A stretch of 24,874 bases of DNA from Actinomycetes bacterium (GCA_023336765.1 JAMBLL010000087.1:1-24874); one strand, 5' to 3'; positions 16,063 to 24,697 are shown, counted from the first letter of the stretch. Numbers and translations are program-made. Notes: generated by a model from the letters alone, not told the origin.

Positions 16063-16500
16063 TCAGCTGGCTTTCGCCCCGACCCTGTCCTTGAGAGCTT
16101 GATTCATCTCTTGGAACCCCCGGGTGGTTGAACTCCTGATCGGGGCAAGCACAACGGCTGAGAGGACACCTGAGAACTCCTCGAAGTGATCCAGCCTGGT
16201 GCCCGTCCCTGATACCGAGAGCCGGAAGTGGTGATGACCGTCAAAGACACCCTTCATTCCTAGGTGTCCGAGCCATGCGAACTCTTCACCTGGGATCGCG
16301 GCGGTGACAACGGGGGTGAAGCTCATCGGCTTCTTACCGCTGGCGCCAAGGCTGACAGCGAGTTGCTCACCCTTGGTCAGCCTGCCAGATATGGAACGGA
16401 TGAAGGGGTTCCATTCCGGGTACGCGTCGAAGTCGGTGAGCACACTCCAGACTGCCTCTGGTGTTGCTTCGATGTCCACGGATGTTCGGATCTCTCTCAT
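16063..16500 (-). CDS. SRPBCC/START-like (polyketide cyclase-like) domain protein
   Basis: Motifs IDIEATPEAVWSVLTDFDAYPEWNPF and FQEMNQALK. GGAGG RBS upstream. Confidence 0.88.
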   Translation of the reverse strand: MREIRTSVDIEATPEAVWSVLTDFDAYPEWNPFIRSISGRLTKGEQLAVSLGASGKKPMSFTPVVTAAIPGEEFAWLGHLGMKGVFDGHHHFRLSVSGTGTRLDHFEEFSGVLSAVVLAPIRSSTTRGFQEMNQALKDRVGAKAS

Positions 16501-16510
16501 GCGGCCTCCC

Positions 16511-16577
16511 CTAATGCGAGTATGTGTTGCGTTAGCATAGGTATGGGAGAATGCTAATGCAACTAAAGTTGTGTTAG
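16511..16577. promoter_or_regulatory. Two palindromic TetR operators in the divergent SRPBCC/TetR intergenic region
   Basis: CTAATGCGA-gtatgtg-TTGCGTTAG (16511-16535) and CTAATGCAACT-aa-AGTTGTGTTAG (16554-16577). The second overlaps TAGGGT, a -10 box 6 nt before the tetR ATG. Confidence 0.7.
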
Positions 16578-16586
16578 GGTGATGGG

Positions 16587-17150
16587 ATGTCCACGATCAC
16601 ACGACCAGGAGGTAGGACCGAACGTACCCGCACAGCGGTACTGGGGGCGGCCTTCACCATCACAGCAGAAGTCGGGTACGGGGGACTGTCCATCGAAGCC
16701 ATCGCGGAACGCTCGGGTATCCACAAGACCACCATCTACCGAAGGTGGGGTTCCGTTGATGCCATCCTGTTCGACGCCATCGTCTCGAGGGCAGAGTCTG
16801 CGGTTCTCCTCCCCAGCACCGGTGATGCCAGGGCCGACCTCAATGCAATGGCACGTTCGGTTGCCGAGAACCTCGAAGATCCGATGTCCAGAGCGGTCGC
16901 CGCTGCCGCACTGTCTGGCACCGGTGATGGGAGCCTTAAGGAGTTGTCGGACCGATTCTGGGATGACCGTATCGGGAAAGCTGCCGAGATCGTCAAGGCG
17001 GGCCAGAAGGAGGGCCAGATCGATGCGAAGCTCGATCCGTCCGTCGTTGTCGTCGAGATCATTGGGCCGATCTGGTTTCGCGTGATGGTTCTACAGGTGC
17101 TGGTCGACCGGTCGTTTATCGAGGCGCTCGTCGATGGCGCTATTCGATGA
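16587..17150 (+). CDS. TetR/AcrR family transcriptional regulator
   Basis: HTH LSIEAIAERSGIHKTTIYRRW. Leaderless start. The 3' end overlaps pncA convergently by 11 nt. Confidence 0.93.
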   Translation: MSTITRPGGRTERTRTAVLGAAFTITAEVGYGGLSIEAIAERSGIHKTTIYRRWGSVDAILFDAIVSRAESAVLLPSTGDARADLNAMARSVAENLEDPMSRAVAAAALSGTGDGSLKELSDRFWDDRIGKAAEIVKAGQKEGQIDAKLDPSVVVVEIIGPIWFRVMVLQVLVDRSFIEALVDGAIR

Positions 17151-17718
17151 CCACGCCAGCGGTGGTCATGACTGTACACGCCCGGTCCCCGTCACCAGGT
17201 TCGAGGTTCACCGCTGCAACTCCGTCGGCGAGGACCGTGCAATCGAAACCGTAGCGCAGCGCATCAAGCGCTGTCTCGTTGACGCAATAGTCCGTTGCAA
17301 GGCCGACAACCACAACGCTGGTGACGCCAGCGTCCGTCAGGATGGAGTCGAGGCCGGTTGGTGTGACCTCCCCGGTCTCAGGGTCACGAACGGAGAAGGC
17401 TGAGTAACCGTCCTCTCCTCCGACCCCTTTACGGATGATCGTCCCGAGTTCAAGGAGGCCCGGATGGAATTGCGCTCCCCAGGTCCCTGCAACGCAATGA
17501 ACGGGCCAGATGCCACCGTCCTTGGCGAAATGGGGTGTTGACTCAGGATGCCAGTCCTGGCTGCGGACGATCGGAGACTTGCCTGCGCGGGCAGCCTGTA
17601 GTTGGTCGTTGATGAACCCGAGGACACGAGGTGCGCCTGATACGAACAGGGAGCCATCAGGGTCGGCGAAGTCATTCTGCACGTCGACGACGATGAGCGC
17701 TGTCGTCTGGTCGTACAC
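17140..17718 (-). CDS. pncA: Nicotinamidase/pyrazinamidase (isochorismatase family)
   Basis: Motifs LIVVDVQNDF, QDWHP, WPVHCV, KG...YSAF and GLATDYCV. GTG start 2 nt after the sufU stop. Confidence 0.92.
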   Translation of the reverse strand: MYDQTTALIVVDVQNDFADPDGSLFVSGAPRVLGFINDQLQAARAGKSPIVRSQDWHPESTPHFAKDGGIWPVHCVAGTWGAQFHPGLLELGTIIRKGVGGEDGYSAFSVRDPETGEVTPTGLDSILTDAGVTSVVVVGLATDYCVNETALDALRYGFDCTVLADGVAAVNLEPGDGDRACTVMTTAGVVIE

Positions 17719-17720
17719 CG

Positions 17721-18179
17721 TTACGACTCCTGGCCAGCCTGTTGAAGAGCGTCACTGAGTGTCGACCACGCAAGTCCAGCGCATTTGATTCGCACAGGGA
17801 ACTTCCGGACACCCTGGAGTGCCTCAAGGTCGCCAAGCACCGATCCGGGCCGATCAGGGTCGACCGGGTTGTCACCCTCTTCAATGGACATCATCAGCTT
17901 GAACTTGTACGTGAGATCCTCGACATCGGAAACCGACTTGCCAACTATCGTGTTCATCATCATCGAACCCGAAGCCTGGGAGATCGAACAACCCTGCCCC
18001 TGCATTGCGGCGTCGACCACGACACCATCTCGTACCTCGATGTCGAGAGAGAACTCATCGCCACAGGACGGGTTGACACCCTCAGCGTGCAGATGATCAC
18101 CGCTAAGTGTTCCGCGTCGACGCGGATTGCGGTAGTGGTCGAGGATGACCTCTCGATAAAGCTCGTCTAGTTGGGACAT
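17721..18179 (-). CDS. sufU: SUF system Fe-S assembly protein SufU
   Basis: Motifs LYREVILDHYRNPR, NPSCGD, GCSISQASGSMM and RIKCA. Confidence 0.95.
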   Translation of the reverse strand: MSQLDELYREVILDHYRNPRRRGTLSGDHLHAEGVNPSCGDEFSLDIEVRDGVVVDAAMQGQGCSISQASGSMMMNTIVGKSVSDVEDLTYKFKLMMSIEEGDNPVDPDRPGSVLGDLEALQGVRKFPVRIKCAGLAWSTLSDALQQAGQES

Positions 18180-18240
18180 GGGTTCTCAGATTCTGTGTTC
18201 AGAGGCTGTGCCGAGGATACGGCGATTTCTGATGTCCGAA

Positions 18241-18319
18241 GAGAGAGAACACAGAACACAGAACACAGACCAGCAGAGGACATTTCTCTCTGTGCTCTGT
18301 GCTCTTCCGTCTGTGCTCT
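18241..18319 (-). repeat. Second inverted heptamer-array element, between sufS and sufU
   Basis: Plus strand AGAACAC x3 (18246-18266) and GTGCTCT at 18292, 18299 and 18313. On the coding (minus) strand this reads stop-(AGAGCAC)n-loop-(TTCTGTG)n, the same layout as 14397-14508. Confidence 0.85.
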
Positions 18320-19542
18320 CATAGTCCGAATATCCTTCTGGCATTCATCAGGGCGGAGACGAGTTTGTCGATCTCTTCGGGGATGTTGTACAGGTAGAAG
18401 GATGCCCGCGCCGTTGCTGGGACATCGAGGTACTGCATCAGCGGCCTGGCGCAGTGGTGGCCTGCGCGTATCGCTATGCCTTCCTGGTCGAGGATGGTGG
18501 CGATGTCATGTGGATGGATGTCTGCGAGTTCGAAGCTGACGGCGCCGCCCCTAAGGAGAACATCGTCCGGGCCGTACACCTTGAGGTCCGGTACCTCGGC
18601 GAGCCGGTCAAGCGCATAACGGGTGAGATCCCGCTCGTGCTGGGCGATCACATCCATGCCGACCGCCGACAGGTAGTCGACGGCAGCACCGAACCCGACA
18701 GCCTCAGCGATCGGGGGTGTTCCTGCTTCGAACTTGTGCGGTACGGGTGCCCATGTCGAAACGTGGCGGTCGACGGTGTTGATCATCTCTCCTCCGCCCT
18801 CGGTCGGCTCCATCTCCTCGAGGCGTTCCCTGGTTCCCCATAGCGCACCGATGCCGGTCGGGCCGAGCATCTTGTGTGCCGAGAAGGCCATGAAGTCGAC
18901 ATCGAACTCCGCGACGTCGACAGGATGATGAGGAACGAGTTGTGCCCCATCGAGCACGGTCAACGCTCCCACGGACCGTGCTGCTTCTGACAGGAGATTG
19001 ATCGGACCGATGGCGCCTGTGACGTTCGACATCCCGGAGAACGTGACGATCTTCACTCTGTCATCGAGTATCCGATCGATACCATTGAGGTCGACCCTGT
19101 AGTCATCGGTTAGCTCGAGGTACACGAGTTCCGCGCCGGTATGGCGGCTGATGATCTGCCACGGAACGATGTTGGCGTGGTGCTCCGCGATCGTGAGCAC
19201 GATCTTGTCGCCTTCATTGAGATGGTTGAGGCCCCACCCGTAGGCGATATGGTTGATCGCCGTCGTGGTTCCTCTGGTGAACACCGTCTGTGCGGGCTTT
19301 GCTCCGATGAAGTGTGCGACCTTGGTGCGCGCCCCCTCGTACAGTTCGGTAGCTTCAGCCGAGAGGGTGTGTGCACCCCTGTGCACGTTGGCGTTCGACT
19401 CCCTGTAATACGCATCCATCGAGTCGAGCACAGCTGTGGGCTTCTGGGTCGTTGCAGCGGAATCGAGGTAGACGAGGCGATGTCCGTTCACCTCACGTGA
19501 CAGGATCGGGAAATCAGAGCGAAGGCGCTCCAGATCAATCAT
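18319..19542 (-). CDS. sufS: SUF cysteine desulfurase
   Basis: Motifs YLDSAATTQKP, NVHRG, EHHANIVPW, SAHKMLGPTGIG, FEAGTP and RAGHHCA. Confidence 0.96.
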   Translation of the reverse strand: MIDLERLRSDFPILSREVNGHRLVYLDSAATTQKPTAVLDSMDAYYRESNANVHRGAHTLSAEATELYEGARTKVAHFIGAKPAQTVFTRGTTTAINHIAYGWGLNHLNEGDKIVLTIAEHHANIVPWQIISRHTGAELVYLELTDDYRVDLNGIDRILDDRVKIVTFSGMSNVTGAIGPINLLSEAARSVGALTVLDGAQLVPHHPVDVAEFDVDFMAFSAHKMLGPTGIGALWGTRERLEEMEPTEGGGEMINTVDRHVSTWAPVPHKFEAGTPPIAEAVGFGAAVDYLSAVGMDVIAQHERDLTRYALDRLAEVPDLKVYGPDDVLLRGGAVSFELADIHPHDIATILDQEGIAIRAGHHCARPLMQYLDVPATARASFYLYNIPEEIDKLVSALMNARRIFGL

Positions 19543-20303
19543 TGTGCGATCGCGTCGGCCCGGTACGAGTCGTAGCCAGCCTCTTCGATCACATCAGCGA
19601 GTGCAGCACCGCCGGACTCGACGATCGTGCCGTCGAGGAACACATGGACGAAGTCTGGTGTGATGTAGTCGAGCATGCGCTGATAGTGCGTGATGATGAG
19701 GAAACCGCGTTCATCGGTCTGGAGGCGTTCGACGCCCTCAGCCACGATCTTGAGGGCATCGATATCGAGACCGGAGTCGGTTTCGTCGAGGACCGCGAAA
19801 TCTGGTTCCAGAACCGCCATCTGGAGGATCTCGTTGCGCTTGCGTTCCCCGCCTGAGAATCCCTCGTTGAGGTACCGGTTAGCAAAGGAGGCATCCATGC
19901 CGAGTTCCTCCATTGCCTCCATCACCTGGAGGCGGAGTTCGAGGACCGTGTAGTCGGTACCGGTACGATTCGACAGAGCAGTACGCAGGAAGTTCACCAC
20001 GGACACACCGGGGATCTCCTCTGGATACTGGAAACCGAGGAACATGCCGGCCTGGCCCCGTTTCTCTGGAGCCCACTGTGTGATGTCCTCGCCCTTGTAC
20101 TCGATGGACCCTTCGGTGATCTCATAGCTCGGGTGGCCGAGGAGAACATTGGCGAGGGTTGACTTGCCTGACCCGTTCGGACCCATGATGGCGTGGGTCT
20201 CGCCGGGGTTCACCGTGAGGTTCACGCCCTTCAAGATCTCGGTGCCTTCTACGGACGCGTGCAGGTTATCGATGACGATGAGGGGGTTTTCCAACATGAC
20301 CAT
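19539..20303 (-). CDS. sufC: Fe-S cluster assembly ATPase SufC
   Basis: Motifs GPNGSGKST, FLGFQYPEEIPGV, RYLNEGFSGGERKRNEILQ, VLDETDSGLDID and ITHYQR. Start is ATG 20303 or 20297; TACACT-N7-ATG favours a leaderless start at 20297. The ORF-track extension to 20582 overlaps the upstream gene. Confidence 0.95.
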   Translation of the reverse strand: MVMLENPLIVIDNLHASVEGTEILKGVNLTVNPGETHAIMGPNGSGKSTLANVLLGHPSYEITEGSIEYKGEDITQWAPEKRGQAGMFLGFQYPEEIPGVSVVNFLRTALSNRTGTDYTVLELRLQVMEAMEELGMDASFANRYLNEGFSGGERKRNEILQMAVLEPDFAVLDETDSGLDIDALKIVAEGVERLQTDERGFLIITHYQRMLDYITPDFVHVFLDGTIVESGGAALADVIEEAGYDSYRADAIAQ

Positions 20304-20340
20304 AAGTGTAATACCCAAAGAGCCTGTAATTCCCGTCAGT

Positions 20341-21276
20341 TCAGGCCCTTGTGAGTGCGCTAAAGAGCATGTGGAGATGGTCGAGATCGATCTCGTCGAG
20401 TGGCGAAATGTCCTGGACGTAATACCGGCCCACACCCCATGACGCCATCTGTTCGATGGCTGCGCCCGCTTGTTGTGATGTTCCGTGCGGGACAGAGCGC
20501 TCGTCGAGGAACGCTGCATATTCCTCTGGTGACATGTCTCTCTTTGCACCCCTGGTTGCGAGCGCTTGTTGGTGTTCCTCATCGGTCGCGTACACGAAGC
20601 CTGGCCCGGCGAAGGAGATCAGGATATCGTCAGGGTCTCTGCCGGCAACAAGGGCAGCGGTGCGCATGACCTCAAGGCGTTGATCGAGTGTCGAGCGGTC
20701 GGTGACGAACATGTTGTACTCATCCGCAAAGGCCCCGGCAAGTCGTGGTGTCTTGCGTGGCCCGTTTCCTCCAACGACGATCTGGAGGCCACCCGACGCT
20801 ACCGGAAGCACCGAGGGATGGTTGAACGAGTAGTACTCACCAGATGTCGACCCACCACCAGCGAATACGGTCGAGATGTACGCAAGGGACTCTTCGAGGC
20901 GTTCGAATCGTTCTCCGAGAGGGGGCAGGTCAAGACCGAAGGCGTCGTGTTCGGACTGCATCCATCCCGTTCCCACCCCGAGGCTGAAGCGGCCGCCAGA
21001 TATCTCATCGATCGTCGTTGCGGCTTTGGCCATGATCGCCGGATGTCGAAACGTGATCGGGGAGACAAGCGTCACAAGCCGGATGGTCGAGGTTTCGGAT
21101 GCAACACCCGCGAGCGACACGAGGGCATCTGTTGCATCGGCTGTGTGATCCATGTGCAGGTAGTGGTCAGAACGCGCAAAGGCGTCGAGGCCGAAATCTT
21201 CAGCCCATATTGCGAGTTCCACAAGGCGACGATACGACCCGCCCATCTGGGGTTCGACGAACAGTCCTAGTTCCAT
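20341..21276 (-). CDS. LLM-class (probably F420-dependent) oxidoreductase
   Basis: Motifs GLFVEPQMG, RSDHY, RLVTLVSPITFRHP, AATTIDEISGGRFSLGVGTGW and LAGAFADEYN. GAGGAG RBS upstream. Confidence 0.88.
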   Translation of the reverse strand: MELGLFVEPQMGGSYRRLVELAIWAEDFGLDAFARSDHYLHMDHTADATDALVSLAGVASETSTIRLVTLVSPITFRHPAIMAKAATTIDEISGGRFSLGVGTGWMQSEHDAFGLDLPPLGERFERLEESLAYISTVFAGGGSTSGEYYSFNHPSVLPVASGGLQIVVGGNGPRKTPRLAGAFADEYNMFVTDRSTLDQRLEVMRTAALVAGRDPDDILISFAGPGFVYATDEEHQQALATRGAKRDMSPEEYAAFLDERSVPHGTSQQAGAAIEQMASWGVGRYYVQDISPLDEIDLDHLHMLFSALTRA

Positions 21277-21289
21277 GGTGTGCTCCTCA

Positions 21290-21895
21290 CTACCAGCCCC
21301 GCTCGATCCATGATGTGAGCTGAGGTCGTTCTGTACCTATTGTGGTCGATGCCCCGTGGCCGGGAAACACGATGGTCTCATCGGGGAGGCTGAACAGTTC
21401 TGTTTCGAGAGATTCGATGATCGTCGTGAAGGAACTGTGGCCGAATCTGGTTGCGCCTGGACCTCCAGGGAAGAGCGTATCTCCGGTGAACACGACACCG
21501 GGGAGTGAGAGGCACACCGAACCTGGAGTGTGCCCAGGGGTGTGGGCGACGGTCGCGACGGTGTCGCCGATGGGCAGCGGTCCTGTGGTGATCGCCGCAT
21601 CGATCGGCTTGCCAGCGATCGTAGCGTCGAGTGGATGCAGGATGAAGGGTGCGTCGAGTGCCTGGGGAACTTCGGGGACAGCCTCATGGTGGTCGCTGTG
21701 GCCGTGGGTGGTGAACACGCCGACAACGTTGGTATCGCCCACGAATCGCATTATGGCTTCAGGGTCGTCGGCAGCGTCGATGAGCAGCGCGTCACCAGAC
21801 TCCGTGTCCTCAATCAGGTACACGTTGTTGTCCAGCGGGCCAACAACGACCCGTGACACGGTAAAGCCGTCACCTTTGAGGACTATGTCCCGCAT
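21290..21895 (-). CDS. MBL-fold metallo-hydrolase (glyoxalase II-like)
   Basis: Motifs THGHSDH, HTPGHTPG, FTGDTLF and PGHG. Confidence 0.92.
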   Translation of the reverse strand: MRDIVLKGDGFTVSRVVVGPLDNNVYLIEDTESGDALLIDAADDPEAIMRFVGDTNVVGVFTTHGHSDHHEAVPEVPQALDAPFILHPLDATIAGKPIDAAITTGPLPIGDTVATVAHTPGHTPGSVCLSLPGVVFTGDTLFPGGPGATRFGHSSFTTIIESLETELFSLPDETIVFPGHGASTTIGTERPQLTSWIERGW

Positions 21896-21898
21896 CGG

Positions 21899-22561
21899 TC
21901 AGTTCAGTGATTCGAGGATCTGGACCAACTGGTCGGTCTGGAGTTGACCAGATGTCCGAAGAGCAACCGTTCCATCGGAGTGCACGAATACCCAGTACGG
22001 GAACCCTCCACCGCCATAAGCGAGGTGAGCGGAACCGTCCGCGTCGTCGAGGATGACAGGAACAGTCCATCCCTCTTGTTCGAGCCAGTCCGATGGTGGA
22101 TAATTCGCCTGTGTTGACCGTACCGACGTGCTCACGGAGTAGAGGTCGACACCATCGACGCTGCCGCCACCGTCAATCCATTCCTGGACCCTCGGAACTT
22201 CTTCCTGACAGTGGGGGCACCAGTGTGCAACGAAGACGATGCCTTTGGCGCGACCATCGTTCGTGATCGTCACCGTGTCGCCGGCGAAGTTCGAGCCAGC
22301 CACATCGGGCGGTGTGAGTCCGTTCGCCGTGGTGTCCTGCGGGGCGCTCTGGGGCATGAGAGGTAGGGAAACACCGTCGATCGTGACCTCTCCCGTCTCG
22401 CTCTCGATACCGCTGGTTTCGGTGGTGCCGAATATGACCACTGCCGCGAGGAGAAGAACCGCGACGGCGCCAACAGCACCGATGATGAGTCCGGTCTTGC
22501 TGCCGGATGACTTTTGAGGAGTGGCCGCTTTCGTGCTGCTCGCAGTCGTCTCTTTTGCCAT
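21899..22561 (-). CDS. Membrane-anchored thioredoxin-like (TlpA/DsbE-like) thiol-disulfide oxidoreductase
   Basis: N-terminal transmembrane helix, active site AHWCPHC, and the GGFPYWVFV cis-Pro loop. Confidence 0.88.
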   Translation of the reverse strand: MAKETTASSTKAATPQKSSGSKTGLIIGAVGAVAVLLLAAVVIFGTTETSGIESETGEVTIDGVSLPLMPQSAPQDTTANGLTPPDVAGSNFAGDTVTITNDGRAKGIVFVAHWCPHCQEEVPRVQEWIDGGGSVDGVDLYSVSTSVRSTQANYPPSDWLEQEGWTVPVILDDADGSAHLAYGGGGFPYWVFVHSDGTVALRTSGQLQTDQLVQILESLN

Positions 22562-22588
22562 GTGTATCCCTCCGAGGAATGGTTGAAT

Positions 22589-23140
22589 TCAGTCAGTCCG
22601 TGTAGTCGTTGTCTTGCTGTTGACGTACCCGGCCCATGTCAGTGCAAGGATCAGGAGAAACGCCGACAGCGCCATATAGGGAATCGTAATGAAGCCGAAC
22701 TCCTTGATGTAAGGCGCGCTGCACGGCGGTCCGACCGCGGCGCATGCACCGGAGTCGAGACTTGGCCACTGCTGCAACGCACGATGCCAGAGTGCTATGC
22801 CGCTACCGATGACCGCGAGAGCAGTGATGTAGAGTCGCGCTCCGCCATCCTTCTTCCATGCGCCAAGGAGTGCGATCAGTGCGATCGGGTACATGGCAAC
22901 ACGTTGGTACCAGCAGAACTTGCACGGGATGAGATGCACGATGTCCGAGAGGTAGAGGCTGCCGAGCGTCGCGGTAAGCGCCACAATGCCTGCAAGCCAC
23001 ATCGTGGCTCCCCGCAGGAACTCGAAGGGGCTTGTGTCCTTCGAGCGCCCAGAGATGCCAACGACGACGAGTCCGATCGTTGCGATATTGGCAAGGATCG
23101 CCAGGAGGGCGAAGAAGGTGCGCATGGTTTGGAAGTTCAT
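22589..23140 (-). CDS. dsbB: Disulfide bond formation protein DsbB/BdbC family
   Basis: PCKFCWYQRVAMYP, a second Cys pair CAAVGPPC, GFITIPYMAL, and several transmembrane helices. GAGG RBS upstream. Confidence 0.88.
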   Translation of the reverse strand: MNFQTMRTFFALLAILANIATIGLVVVGISGRSKDTSPFEFLRGATMWLAGIVALTATLGSLYLSDIVHLIPCKFCWYQRVAMYPIALIALLGAWKKDGGARLYITALAVIGSGIALWHRALQQWPSLDSGACAAVGPPCSAPYIKEFGFITIPYMALSAFLLILALTWAGYVNSKTTTTRTD

Positions 23141-23229
23141 CGGGTCCTCATCGGTTGCACCGACACGGTACCCGATGGCGGGTCATAATCCCCGATGACA
23201 GCGGCCCGCGTTGCCCTACGCTGCCGCTC

Positions 23230-23646
23230 ATGAACGGACCGTTGTTCTTCGCAGTGATGATCGGCGTCGTCCTCGCGTTCGGAGTCGCCATGTTCTGGCA
23301 GGAATCGAAGCGGATGACCAGCCGCGAGGCCATCTATGGTGTCGAGGATTCCATCGAATGGATCTGGGAAGGACTCGGCGAGGACAGGCATGGCTTGACC
23401 AAGGCGGATGTCAGGCGGATCCTCGAGTGGGAGATGTTCTACCTCCAGCAACCCGACCTCTGGGAAGACGATGGGCAGCCTGTCGTTGGAGGGCAGGCCG
23501 CAGCAGCGTTCGCCCAGGAGAAGTCGCTCGAGTCTGGCAACTCCTATGAACCGGACCAGATATACGCCGTGCTCGACCTCCAGGCAACGTACCTCCAGGC
23601 GATCGGGGCGATTGGCGACCCGGCTGACCCTGACGAACTCAGCTGA
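23230..23646 (+). CDS. Hypothetical membrane-anchored protein (138 aa)
   Basis: ATGACA-N16-TACGCT-N7-ATG leaderless promoter, N-terminal transmembrane helix, acidic body ending YLQAIGAIG. Start trimmed from 23032. Confidence 0.75.
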   Translation: MNGPLFFAVMIGVVLAFGVAMFWQESKRMTSREAIYGVEDSIEWIWEGLGEDRHGLTKADVRRILEWEMFYLQQPDLWEDDGQPVVGGQAAAAFAQEKSLESGNSYEPDQIYAVLDLQATYLQAIGAIGDPADPDELS

Positions 23647-23722
23647 TTCTCACATTCGGCCGAGTTCGCTACAGGGGCCTCGCTCGTACACTTCAAGCGT
23701 TCACAGATGGTGGAGGGAACAC

Positions 23723-24166
23723 ATGGAAATCCGTAAAACACTGATAGCGGTCGTTGCCGTGATTGCGGTCATTGCTGGTGCGTGCACCTCCAACAGCGAT
23801 TCGACCGCACCCGAAACGACGACCACCACGTTCGACTTCCCTGAACTGGAATTCGGCCGCGGTGTGCTGCCAGCGTCGGTACCAGCACTGTGGCCAACAC
23901 CTGACGAGTCTGTCATCGGTGCAACGATGATGGACGGAACTCGCAGGCTCACTGAGATCGTCGTTACGTATCCCGCAACGGTCTCTGATGTCGCCAGCTA
24001 CTACACGACGAATCTCCCCGTTCTCGGGTTCGAGGTAACGGATGCCTCGGGAACCGACGGCAAGTTCACCATCGAGTTCTCCGGCAACGGTGTGACAGGA
24101 ACGATCGTTCTCACCACGGGTGGCACCGGACTCACCGCAGGTACGATCCAGATGGTCCATCAGTAG
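23723..24166 (+). CDS. Hypothetical lipoprotein (147 aa)
   Basis: GGAGG RBS, signal peptide with lipobox IAGA-C, Thr-rich linker. Start trimmed from 23408. Confidence 0.8.
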   Translation: MEIRKTLIAVVAVIAVIAGACTSNSDSTAPETTTTTFDFPELEFGRGVLPASVPALWPTPDESVIGATMMDGTRRLTEIVVTYPATVSDVASYYTTNLPVLGFEVTDASGTDGKFTIEFSGNGVTGTIVLTTGGTGLTAGTIQMVHQ

Positions 24167-24197
24167 CGGTATCGTGGTGGGTGACGGAGGTTTCACC

Positions 24198-24401
24198 GTG
24201 GCACGTATCAAACGATTCGAAGAGCATCGTTATCTGGGCACCAGAGATGACATGCGGGTCTACGACTGTGACGACCCGGTCCAGTTCGACGAACTCTACG
24301 AGCGAATCGAGTCCGAGGACCTTGTTGATGCAAAGGTGATCCAGTCGTTTGCGCCCGATCGCCTCTCTGATGCTCGCAACCGCGGGTTCAAGGCTTTCTG
24401 A
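24198..24401 (+). CDS. Small hypothetical protein (67 aa)
   Basis: GGAGG followed by 7 nt and then GTG 24198. Translates to MARIKRFEEHRYLGTRDDMRVYDCDD...SFAPDRLSDARNRGFKAF. Confidence 0.72.
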   Translation: MARIKRFEEHRYLGTRDDMRVYDCDDPVQFDELYERIESEDLVDAKVIQSFAPDRLSDARNRGFKAF

Positions 24402-24452
24402 GGGGCGAGCGCTCCGATCACATCGATCCGTTGCGGGCGCTGAACCTGGTAT

Positions 24453-24539
24453 TCACAACGTGGCGAACCAGAGTGCAGTGGCCGCGAGAATGACCATGCC
24501 TGAGGCAAGGGACGCGAGGATGAGGTACCGGGTCTGCAC
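24453..24539 (-). CDS. Small single-pass membrane protein (28 aa), not in the ORF track
   Basis: MQTRYLILASLASGMVILAATALWFATL*. TAGTCT -10 box sits 6 nt before the GTG, and an in-frame stop lies just upstream. Confidence 0.55.
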   Translation of the reverse strand: MQTRYLILASLASGMVILAATALWFATL

Positions 24540-24697
24540 GCCACAAGACTATCGACGACGGGACGAAATCGGGCTGTTCGGTTTCCATGAGGGTCAGTGA
24601 GAGCCCGGGAGACGACAGGTAGTAGTACGTCGTACGTATCACGAAGATCAGCGATAGGGATGATCTTGCATGTGGTCGACAATGAACCCCTTCTTCC

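Noticed and set aside
19539-24166. ORF-track N-terminal extensions of sufC (to 20582), 23032 and 23408
   Set aside because: The extensions overlap neighbouring genes and are low-complexity. Downstream starts have an RBS or leaderless -10 boxes and coincide with the start of recognisable protein features.
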